A stretch of 63,961 nt of DNA, counting the filler, from Reticulomyxa filosa (Eukaryota; Protista; Foraminifera): NCBI GenBank assembly GCA_000512085.1. It is 24 parts of 24 records of this genome, joined end to end, with 100 filler letters (N's around TTAATTAATTAA, not from the genome) between each part and the next. Parts side by side here need not be neighbours in the genome. Positions count along the whole stretch, not along the records: positions 12,314 to 14,178 come from ASPP01047471.1; positions 14,279 to 16,675 come from ASPP01045876.1; positions 16,776 to 20,437 come from ASPP01003077.1; positions 20,538 to 21,866 come from ASPP01023867.1; positions 21,967 to 23,723 come from ASPP01022660.1; positions 23,824 to 32,039 come from ASPP01012844.1; 18 more parts are not named here. The stretch is one strand, 5' to 3'. The notes beneath the pieces are model-generated. The model had not been told where the DNA came from. It made no database searches and saw only the letters and a list, made by a program, of their open reading frames with translations. Made by a program: the position numbers and the translations under genes. Below, one piece after another: positions 13,325 through 24,401 of the stretch (positions are counted from its first letter, which is position 1; the number at the start of each line of letters is the position of its first letter).

Positions 13325-14337
13325 TGCCAATTTGTTAGATCCTTCTCGTTGCATTCATCCCGTTCTAGAGGCATTCGATGAAAAACCCGATAAAGCCAGA
13401 CAAGAATCAGCAGAAGAATAATTCTCTAACTTTTTTTTTTTTAACTTAGCAAAAAAAAAAAAGCAAACTTAAAATCACAGATTCATGCTCGGAGAGCAGG
13501 AGAGGCAAAGAACTCAACTTTTGTTTGTCACTAGATTGAAAAATCTTATACATAATTGTGCTTTATTCTTTTGAATGTTCAATTTGCTCTTTTTGTTTTT
13601 GTGACTTGTGCGAGATAGCCCGGATTTGCAGTGTTTTTCTTTCTGTGTTTTTTCTCCGTCCTTGTCTTCATCTCCTCTCTTTTTTTCTTCGTTCTTTCTT
13701 TTTCCACCCACGCACGTGCGCGGAGATATTTCACGTATCACAATACACCAATTTCTGGCAAAGGTATGTGGTAGACGCATTCAATTTTTTTTGCAATGTT
13801 TTCAATTATTTTATTCTTTTTTTTCTTTTTGGCTTGAAAAATGGACGATGAGAAATTGTAGTGGGCAATCAAAATAAACAAAAAAAATAGCACTCGACAT
13901 TGTGAATTTAATCTTTCGTTAATTAACAGCTTTTAAAGCGTTTTTTTAAGATTAACTTTCCACAACGAAATATTGATTTTACTTAAATTATTCAAATGAA
14001 TTTGGTAAAATGTTCCAAATCAAAATAGTATATAAACACAAATTTAGTGTGTTGTATTGAAAATATAGACAATAGATCTCGCTTTTTATTGCAGTTATTC
14101 GATGATGTGTTTCAGCTTTTGATAAGTGAGAAACAGCTTACAATAAAAGTTAAAAAAGGTGCAAAATTAAGAATAAAANNNNNNNNNNNNNNNNNNNNNN
14201 NNNNNNNNNNNNNNNNNNNNNNTTAATTAATTAANNNNNNNNNNNNNNNNNNNNNNNNNNNNNNNNNNNNNNNNNNNNAACGTAAAAGGTTTCGTTTTAA
14301 TACATAATTTTGGGTCGGAGATTGTGGGAATAGAATA

Positions 14338-14640
14338 TTAAAAAAAAAAAAGATCAATCCCAAATCGCTTAAAATAAAAAGACACTATTGGTGGTTGACT
14401 TCTTTTTCTCTTTTTTTTTTTTGATTGTTGCATTAGATTGTATTGTGTTATTTGGCTGTCAAAACTGATGGCTTGTGAATAACATTCTATCGATGTTCTG
14501 TATTCTTTTTCTTGATAATACGTATTTCCTTCATCATTTAGTTTGAGCGCTTTCTTCGTGATAGATTTTCTATCAGTACAGCTGGATTTTGATGATTTGG
14601 TATCGATACGGCTTGCTTTTTTTTTAGCTTTTGCGGACAT
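14338..14640 (-). CDS. N-terminal fragment of a TPR-domain protein
   Basis: ALKLNDEGNTYYQEKEYRTSIECYSQAISFDS is a typical co-chaperone-type TPR repeat. Confidence 0.65.
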   Translation of the reverse strand: MSAKAKKKASRIDTKSSKSSCTDRKSITKKALKLNDEGNTYYQEKEYRTSIECYSQAISFDSQITQYNLMQQSKKKKRKRSQPPIVSFYFKRFGIDLFFF

Positions 14641-14951
14641 TTCCGAGTTGAAATTGCTTTGGAAAATGCAAATGAAAAGATGAAAAAGGGTCCTAAAGAG
14701 GGGAAAAAATAATACCACACATCAAATTTGAACTTTTCAATTTTTTACTTCTCATCTCCTCTCCATCCTTTGTGATAGCAAACAAGACTTGGATCTCGTT
14801 TGACAATGCTGGTGCTATGATGAACATTGATGACACCCTTATGATCGATTGTGCAATGATTGTCCAGACTACAAAAAACCGATCAACTTGTAAAAAAAAA
14901 AAAAAATGAGTTTGTAAGTTGTTTCTTACAATGAACAATAAAGTCTTCATT

Positions 14952-15997
14952 TCAAAGAAACATATAACACGACAAGGGACTTCCCATGCCAAATCCTCGA
15001 CAATACTCGACTTGGATTTGGCTGTTGTCTTCAAATTTTTCTTTTGGAAAGCTGGACCCAAAGCACACATGGATGGGCAGCAAATGCTCCTCACGAGGAC
15101 GTGCAAAGCGACCACTATTTTGTGGCGATTGTTTTTCCCAATCGGCCAACAGTTTCCATTTTTCTTTGGGACTCAGTTTTTCACTAGTTAAAGGCCATAC
15201 AACCAGTCATCAAATAATTTGGCTGTCTTCGTTTGTGCCAAAGCCCCTCAAGTTGTGAAAAGTCATTCCAGAGCCGATTATCATTATCCCTTTATCACGC
15301 AGCGCAGATAGAACCTATTTTGTGTGCGTCATGTGTGTTACATATTTTTTCAAATGAGTTATAAGAAAAACAAATAAATAAACATATATGTATGTACATA
15401 TATGTTTATTTATTTTTTTTTTTTTTAATGCATTGATTACACGCACAAAACTTTGCCAATGTGCAAATGTTCCGTCGCGTCCAAACTGTTCAATAACGAC
15501 AACTGCAAAATGGGTATGTCTGCCTTTGGCCTTGCAAGTAGCAACGGTATGAACACTCCATGGTCCCATCCTCTTGTCTTATCATACTTTATCTGCGACT
15601 TTAGAAACTTCAGATTAGTTGATGCGCATGTTAATAACTTTGCCATTTCGTCTGTCAAACCTAAGGCGCACTCCGCTTCGTACTTCAATTGATAGTTTTC
15701 CTTTGGAAAGTTGTAATAGTCAAAAAATAACGAGGGCTTCTTATGATACATACACGTCAGCTATGCTTCCTCCCAATGTGCTGAGACCACGAGCAATGCT
15801 CGCGGCTTGTATTTGCTTATTTGTGCTCCCAACCAATCCAATGACTTCAATACAAAACCATTCGTTTTGTCTTCCTACGATGCGTTCTTCAACTTTGCCA
15901 AGTATGGCATTGGACCTCCGCCGTGACATACGTACAACGCGGGCTGTCTTTGGAGTGATTCTCCTTCTTTCTTGTCAGAAACAGTTGCCTGGGACAT
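14952..15997 (-). pseudogene. LigB/DODA-type extradiol ring-cleavage dioxygenase pseudogene
   Basis: PALYVCHGGGP, LLVVSAHW, DYYNFP, RGWDHGVFIPL, IPILQLSL, IIGSGMTFHNL and PREEHLLP. Two in-frame TAGs (15875-15877, 15761-15763) and a compensating frameshift pair around FDDWL (about 15190-15235). Confidence 0.85.
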
Positions 15998-17639
15998 TTT
16001 TTGAAGAGAAAAAGGATAGCGAAAAGTGGATAAATTAGCACTATATAAACGAGCTATAGATAACAACATAAAAGGGAATAAGATTAAAATTAAAAAATTC
16101 TTCATTTTTTAACCAACTTTTCAACATCTGGCTCTTATTCTCCTTTTTTGTTTTACCCAATGTTTTTTTACTGAAGCCATTTACCTATAAATAAAAATTT
16201 TTTTGAAAAAACTAACTTAAACGGTGGTGTTTTTATTATTATTTTTTGCTGAAAACTACAACAAGATAATTTGCACAGTAGACGAAAGAATTCAATCCTC
16301 AATAAATTTGAAAGTAAACAATACATATTAATTTTTACAAGCAATTCAAAAAAAGAAATAAAGCTTTGTTAAACACAATCTCGGTGGCTAGACTTTAGCG
16401 ACGAAAGGGAAGCAACTAAACTAAAAAAAGAAACCTAAAATTTGAATACAAAACATAAATGCAAGAAAATCCGGAAGTAGATAAATATGAAGCACTTGAC
16501 GAAGAGAAACAGACGAAGCGCTTCCAGCGCGTCCAATACAGCAATGAGACAGTTGTATTGAAAATTGGAACAAGCAGTAAAAAACCACTATCACTTGAGA
16601 TACTCACGACACTTGTTTTTTCAAGGAAAAAGCTAAAACCTTGAAGTGAGATCGGTCATACCAAAAAAAAAAAAANNNNNNNNNNNNNNNNNNNNNNNNN
16701 NNNNNNNNNNNNNNNNNNNTTAATTAATTAANNNNNNNNNNNNNNNNNNNNNNNNNNNNNNNNNNNNNNNNNNNNCAAAATGGACGAGTTGCAAAACAAA
16801 CTAAACGAATTGATGCTGACTTTCTTGAAGAGAGCACAAAGTGCATCTTCCACTGAATTTAAGTCAAATGTCGTGGCTGAAACAGTTTGTTTTTATTTTA
16901 GAAAAAAAATTAAATATGTATACTATATATAATACATAATATGTGTACATAAACAAATATACGATATGTCACTATTATGACAAAAAACTATCTTAGCCAA
17001 GGCAACAACTTGTAATTGATATTTCCCAACTGGAAATAAACATTGAACTTTGTTTCAAAGGGAGTTGTGCCATTTCTGGGACGTCCTTGGAAGATAGGTG
17101 CAAAGACTAGAAGGAAAAATGTCATATGATCTAAAGTATTTGAAGCAAGAAGCACTATCACGGGAAGCTGCAGCAGACGAAGAAAGACTCGCACAAAATG
17201 TTTCTCAAGCGGTGACGCAACAATCAGCACAATTCTGCCTGAATTACTGAACGTCACATAGACCAGGTCATAGACGCAGTCAAATGGCAATTCCAATCTT
17301 TCAAATGCTTTAGCACTACTACTATAATTCTTCTGATCCTTGCGTTTTCCGCTGCAATTTATTATCTTATGCCCCCCTTATTGTATGTAATTTTAAAAAA
17401 AAAAGCGCTGAATAAGGAAAAAACGCAATTACAAATTTTATTAACACAATTATTGTGGAATAAATAAATATTATTAACAAAAATTTATTTGTTGGATGTA
17501 AAAGTATTAGATTTATTACTAATGTTATGACTATACAACAATACGGCATTTGAAAAATAATGTCCAATATGGTATAAAAAATTAAATATTGCACAAGTTA
17601 TATTGATGTTATGTTAGAATTAAAGATAATTTTATTTAC

Positions 17640-18240
17640 TATGTGTTTTTAATAAAATGTAAATTTATAAAAAAGTGGAAATCAAGAAACAGTCCAATAT
17701 ATTTCACATAACCTCATTACTACATGTCTGAATTCTGTAATTGATTCACTGAGTCTTATCAGTACTTTATTTAGACTTTGTTGCAATGATTGTAATTAGT
17801 CATCACTTGTAAATATCGATGTCCAAATTGTCACTTTATCAGCAAATATTCAACATTGAATATGTTGATTGAAGACTGTTGGTAAATCATTAATAAGTAT
17901 TAAATTCCATACAATATGAATTTGTTACATTCAATATAACCTTCTAAGTCGATTTGATAAGAAGATATCAATCAACTATCTATATATCAATACATTTTTC
18001 CAAACAATATCATACTATGCAATGAGTCACTGAATTGTAATCTGATGATTTGTGGATAGTCTCAGTCAAGCTAAGAGAAGCTAATATATGTTATGCCAAT
18101 ATTAAGATCATTAGTGTTTGATGTAATGACTTCTTTTCATTCAACAATCACATTATATCCTTTTTTATCAATTTACCAACGCTCGATAACAATGCAATCG
18201 GCCTATGGTTTTTGCACTGACTATAATCCGTCTGATGGAT
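17640..18240 (-). mobile_element. Heavily degraded non-LTR retrotransposon reverse-transcriptase remnant
   Basis: Broken frames give NHRPIALLSSVGKLI, YDIVWK, FLSNR, INDLPTVF and IFADK, matching LINE RT motifs in order (YRPISLL, AYDxVW, INDLP, FADD). Confidence 0.7.
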
Positions 18241-18599
18241 ATAACTCAAATCAATAAAATCATAAATTCCAATTATTTAGATACAGCACTTTAAATCGAT
18301 ATAATCTTAAATTATTTCATCATTTTCTGTTATTGTCTGCATTGGTCGGACTGTGGCTTCCACGTTCAGCCACAGTTGCATGCGTATTTCGATTGAGCGG
18401 GGGTTCCAACACTTTTGTTGGAATTCCACTTTGGCCCCCACCAGAGTTCTAAGTCACGTTTACAAATTACACATATACATATAAATATATACAAACTAGT
18501 TGTGTCAATTCGAGTTTTGTTTCGTTTATAATGCTTTTTCTTTTTGGAAACCATGTGGCAAAGGAGATATTTTGGGGACGTCAGCTGCGTTTGAGTTTA

Positions 18600-20113
18600 T
18601 CGTTTCATTCTATTTTTTTTTAAAAAGATGAAATGGACACACTGAAAGGAAAATCGGCTATGATGTGCAAAAAAAATAAAAAAATATATATGTGTTCTTG
18701 CCCAATAAACGAAGCATTTGATATTGGTTGTGGTACGTTTGCTTTGGGATTGTCTCCTGGAGTGACAACATCGAAAGTCGGTTTTGCAGTTGCGTTCGAT
18801 TGTTCCAAAGCATTGGTTGTTTTGTCGGCAATGGATAGGATGCAGTCGCATTGGCAGTAGGATTAATAGAAGTGGCAATAGGACTAGTAGAAGTAGCAAT
18901 AGTATTTGTTGTTGCACTTGGAATGGGAGCAACATTGGCCTGCATGTGTGCCATTGGCGAAGTGATCTGAAGATTGCTAAATTGATTGGCAGTGGTTTGG
19001 GTGGTCGGAGACATTGGGCAGTCCTATAAAGCCCCAAGGGGAGCCCACACCAGACAAAGGTGACTGCAAATCACACGCCCAGCCGTGTGGAGATGCCAAG
19101 GCCAAATTGGGCATTTGGAAATTGACTGCGTTGTTATATGTGTTTGGAGCAGTTTCGCCTTCGATGTTGGCACTCCACACTTGCGAAGGTGTCTGAACAG
19201 TCAATCCATACATGAGGATATCCATAATCATATTCATATTCATGTTCATATTGATTGGGTTGTTGTTCGCAATGGTAGGCGTTGCTAAAAAGGGGACGTT
19301 GGTCGACATTGACGGGGTGGCAATAGGCAACGCGGTTGGAAGGGCCGATGTCGTGGACGCAGTCGATTGTGGGCAAAGGCATGGTGTGATAATTGGGGGC
19401 GGTCACATTGGATGACAGCATGTGCGATGTCAAGGATGAGGAGGAGGCGGTGGTGGTGGCAATAGGGAAATCGAATTTCATGAAAATGAGTTTCAACTTG
19501 GTTCGTCCATTTGCGATATATGCGAATTTTGAATATAGGGTTTGAAACCAATGGTCGCCAGCGAATTACTTCATTCCCATCCGGCCACGTGACAGTATAG
19601 CCATGGCAATTGTGATTCCAATTCACGCCAGACACGTCAAACAGAGATTGGTGGGTGTATTACTTGCTGCTTTTGTTGTCGATAAATGTCACGTAAAACC
19701 TTCACTTTGTCGTCGGAATGAACTGATAACAGTGATCCGCAGAATGCTCCTCTTTGCCGACGACACGCTCAAAGTTGTGGCTAATATATTCTTTGCCATT
19801 GCGGTCCATATACGACGTAATCGTATGTGGCGTAGAGATATGGATCGACGCGACGTCGTTCAATATCTGACACACTCGCATCTTGATTCGAAACGTGCGT
19901 GGGGTTTGTCTCCGTGGCTCGGCGCCATATTGGAGAGCTTGCCATTGTCACATTGCGATAAAACTGGGTAGGCGCGTGCGACTTGTTGAATTGAAGAGGA
20001 TCTTGCAATTTCTCAATACAAGACAAATGCACTGCATGTACGCATTGATAAAACATAAATCGCACTCGAATAAACGGTTCACGTCGTTGGACGTTCCCCG
20101 GTTTGAAGCACAC
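18600..20113 (-). pseudogene. Fragmented hypothetical gene with P/T/N/Q-rich C-terminal region
   Basis: Chain of overlapping GC-richer ORFs in shifting frames with internal stops. No domain recognised. Confidence 0.3.
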
Positions 20114-20673
20114 TATGCATCCCTTTTTTTTTTGTCAAGTTTTAATTTCTAAAAAAGAAAAATACATGATTATTATACCGTTCTTTGTTTATTTAATTTT
20201 ATTTATTTATTTAGCATTTTGGTTATGTCCCCTTTGCTTGTGACAAGTACTTTGGTGTGTGTTTTCCTAAGTCTCAAAACTCTGTCCGAAGAAAGCGCTT
20301 CGCAGCAACGACAATTGCGGACATTTCTTGACTTATTTCCACTGAATTCACTTCAATGTCTCCGTATTCTATTATCCAAATTATGCCGATATCTTTTTTT
20401 TTTCATCATACATAAAAAATAAAGCCGATCCTACAATNNNNNNNNNNNNNNNNNNNNNNNNNNNNNNNNNNNNNNNNNNNNTTAATTAATTAANNNNNNN
20501 NNNNNNNNNNNNNNNNNNNNNNNNNNNNNNNNNNNNNATGAAGTGCGAGATGGAACAACTGCGCTTGCGGAATATCAATGAAGGTAATCTATTGTGTTTT
20601 TAATTATGTTCAACTTGTAAAATATAGTGTATTGCTTAAATAGGACAATTTGTGATAAAAAGAAAAAAAGAAT

Positions 20674-20980
20674 ACGGGGTAGAAACCATCCCCGTCTCCG
20701 AAAGGAGGAATAAAGGTTTGTTGTATTTGTATTTTTTAAAAATATGTTTAACTGTTGTATTTTGTATTATGCAACATAGGTTCCCCTGCCCGCAATCTCG
20801 TTACGATTATATGTCACTTCCCTTTCACACAAAAGAAAAAAAAAAGAAAAATCGGGGTTGAAATCTATCCCTGTATCCTCAACGAGGAAAAATGGTGTGT
20901 ATTATCTATATTTGTTTACATACGCAGATATTCTTTTATTGGTAATATTGTTGTGGTTGTGTGGTTCAATAGGATTCCCC
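20674..20980 (+). repeat. Copy B of the dispersed tandem stem-loop element
   Basis: ACGGGGTAGAAACCATCCCCGTCTCCGAAAGGAG, intron-like 20716-20779, GTTCCCCTG. Then CGGGGTTGAAATCTATCCCTGTATCCTCAACGAGG, intron-like 20895-20972, GATTCCCC. Confidence 0.85.
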
Positions 20981-21966
20981 TTCAAAGAAAAAATATGTAT
21001 ACTTATTTATTTATTTGCCCCCTCCCCCCCCCCCCACACATAAAAAAAAGTGTTGTTAGTCTTTATAGGAAACATAAGTGAAGATGAAGCCCAAGTAATA
21101 GTTAAATATCTTTTTTTAGTATATTATTTAAAGATTATAAAATGTAACTTTGTTTGTGTGCATATAGGTTATGAGCAACAAAGTGGCAGCAGGTACCTAT
21201 GAAAGGGGAGTTGGAAAAGGGAAAATTAAGAATAAGGGAGAATAAAAAAAAAATGTAATAATAAAAAGAAAAAAAATGGGAAGAAAAAAGATAATAAAAA
21301 GAAAAAAGAAAAATAGAAAAATGGAAAAAATGGAAAAAAGGAAAAAGGAAAATAGAAAAATTGAAAAAAATGAAAAAAGAAAAAAGAAAAAAAAAGATAG
21401 AAAAAATAAAAAAGCTAGGAAAAAAAATAATGAAAAAGAAATAATAAAGAAAGTAAAAGAAAAAAGATTAAAGTTAAAAATATATTAACTATTTTTGTCC
21501 TTATCTCTAAACAATTTGTTTTTGTTTTTTTTCCAATACTAGAATACGTTAAGTCCGATGGCGTAATGGTGGAATCACAATTGGAGAAGAAGACTCGCAA
21601 AAAATCGAAGCAAAGTCTGCCTAGTAATAAACATTTTCGTGCGTGGATCTCCATCACTTTGCCAACAGACAGTTGCCGATTTCAACATCGAATACCTAAC
21701 TCAACAACCCAAGTCCGAAGAGCTGGAAGAAGAAATCGCAAAACCAATTTGCATGCTTTTGTTGTCCTTAAATGAGGCAAGCAAGACATTTCCTTTCATT
21801 TTATTCACTGACGATGCTTTGTGTTCTTTCATGTTTGTGTACATTCTTTAGTGTCACAAATATTTTNNNNNNNNNNNNNNNNNNNNNNNNNNNNNNNNNN
21901 NNNNNNNNNNTTAATTAATTAANNNNNNNNNNNNNNNNNNNNNNNNNNNNNNNNNNNNNNNNNNNN

Positions 21967-21997
<31 letters not shown>

Positions 21998-23608
21998 GCT
22001 GTTGCGAATACGTACGTGCGATCCCGGACATCATGGTGGACCCCTTGCCTGTTCCCGTCTTCAGCGTCGTGTGATGTCCACTGTCAATCATCTTTTGATG
22101 CTCCTGTGCCAATGCCTTCTGCATCTCCTCAAAGTCAAACAGATCCTCTCCATCTGCCATCGGCATTGCCAAGGGCGACTGCGTCGGCGAACTGGCGTTC
22201 TCAATCACCGTGCCCGTTGACACTTGGCTGTCCGACATTTCACGGCCGACAAACTGGTCTAGGCCTTGCATTGGCGCGTCCACGAGCATCAAGTCCTCTT
22301 GATTCATCCTGGTCGGCGACAGCAGCTTCTGCGTCAGTTGTGGGATGTCTTTCTATATCCAACATAATGCAAATCCATTTCAAATATGTATATGTGTATA
22401 TATGTACACATATATGTATATATGTACACATATATGTATATATATTTTTTTTTTTTTTTTTTTTTGTATGTGTCGATTGTCGCAATGTTCGAATAAACAT
22501 TATACTTATACATAATATATAACTCGGCGTTGTTTAAGAAGCGAAACCAATGAAACAAACTGTTGCATGGTCATGAACTGATTTCCATCAGTCAAATTAA
22601 AAAAAATGGTGGTCAGTTTTTTGTCGTCTTTCAACACTTCTTCGAACAATGCCCTGTCTTTGTCAGGCAATGGCTTCTGTCGGTTCTGCTCTTCCAATAG
22701 CGCCTTCATTGTGTTCTTCCACGACACAAACGACACTGGTTCTGTCCAATCCGTCGTGTGGTGCGTGGATGAACGGCTTTCGCGTAACAAAGACCCCTTT
22801 TTTTTGTTTTTTTTTTTTTTTGAAAAAAAAATAAATTGTTACTGAGTTTTAATTTGCAATTGTACATATTTATATGAACATATACACATGTATATAAACA
22901 TATATGTGTATATATACATATATGTAAAAATATTCATATACACACCTTGACATATCTTCTTCGACGCGATTTGTCGTTTTGATTTGGAAAAGAGGGCTCG
23001 TCTTGGTTTGGAGTGTGGGAAGGTTTGGAATTGGGGGAGAGTTCTCGTTCATCGAGATCAGTTCCAGGAAGGACGTCGGAACTACTCTCTGTGATGGAAA
23101 AGTGGACAAAGCGATCGGCTCGTCCACTTCCACTTCCACTTTCGTAGTTTTTTGCACGCGATTTGACGCGCTGTCGCGGCGACAAGGGCAGTTTCGAATA
23201 GTAGTCACTTTTGTCATTGGCTTCGAAGACCTGATCGCCAGCAACAACAAAGGCGTCGTCCCCTTTCAATCTGTGATTAATACTTGCATGTTCGCTCCCA
23301 CTTTTGGCATCGAATTTTTTGGACAAATCTTTGACCGAATTTCCATCATTCCATATGCTGGTACTCACTACTCCACCCAGCTTGTGTTCCTTTGCACCTG
23401 ACTTTGTGCTAATGCTACGAGTTGTTGCTGTTGCTGTTGCTGTTGTCGTTGTGCCCGTTTCTTGGGATGTCATCTCTTCCCTTCGGTCCGCATGATTGCT
23501 GCCAAGGGGCTGATTCTTTCCTGACAACGGCCTCGGGCCATTGCTGTCTTTGCCCACACGCGAGATCGTCGGCAAAGGCCCATTTTTCGGCGACGGGCTG
23601 GTCGGCAA
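21967..23608 (-). CDS. Hypothetical multi-exon low-complexity protein with poly-Gln, partial
   Basis: Three long minus-strand ORFs (22934-23608, 22506-22790, 21967-22360) separated by TA-rich introns. Confidence 0.5.
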
Positions 23609-23831
23609 TGACTTGGTGTTTTTCGATAGCGATGGTAATGGATGGTTGGGGGGGAGGGGGAGGGACTAAAGTTTTTTTAAACCTTACTTTTTTTTTTTTT
23701 TTTTATTTTTTTTAAAAAAAAAANNNNNNNNNNNNNNNNNNNNNNNNNNNNNNNNNNNNNNNNNNNNTTAATTAATTAANNNNNNNNNNNNNNNNNNNNN
23801 NNNNNNNNNNNNNNNNNNNNNNNAAAAAAAA

Positions 23832-23866
<35 letters not shown>

Positions 23867-23869
23867 TAA

Positions 23870-24367
23870 GTCTTTGAACCGACAAACGACAACCGACTAC
23901 GAAGATATCACAAATCTGCAAGACGAAATCAAACGATTGCGAGAATCGAAACTGGAGCTAATTCGAAGTTCGAATCAGGAAATTGACGTGTTACGGTGCG
24001 TGATGAATACAACAAATGTGTAGTCTTGTTGTTGTCATTGGGATGAATAAGTATGAAGGGAAGATTGCCTGTTTGTTCGTTGGCAAAATAGACAATATCT
24101 GCACACACTAATGACGCGAACGCATAAACGGAATCTGAAAGAGCAAGGATTGGGCAGTCCCACGCCTGAAGCGAAAAACGAAGACGAAAGCAAGACCGAA
24201 GACACACAAACCGGCAAATCGGCCAAGACCAAAGTCAAGCTAAACAAAGTGTCACCCTTTGCTCGTCTTCAATCTGGTCAAATCAATTGGATTGATACAT
24301 GTCAAAAACTAGCCAAAGATAAGGTTATTAATGTGGTGCTGTTGGGAACCAGCTAAGTACATATGCA

Positions 24368-24401
<34 letters not shown>

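Noticed and set aside
15761-15877. In-frame TAG/TAA codons (also near 35750-35825 and 5879) suggesting stop-to-Gln reassignment
   Set aside because: The LigB gene also carries frameshifts. Long intact genes (tepsin, PIG-S, RPAP1) have no internal stops, and tepsin and PIG-S end in TAA. Pseudogenisation explains the pattern better.
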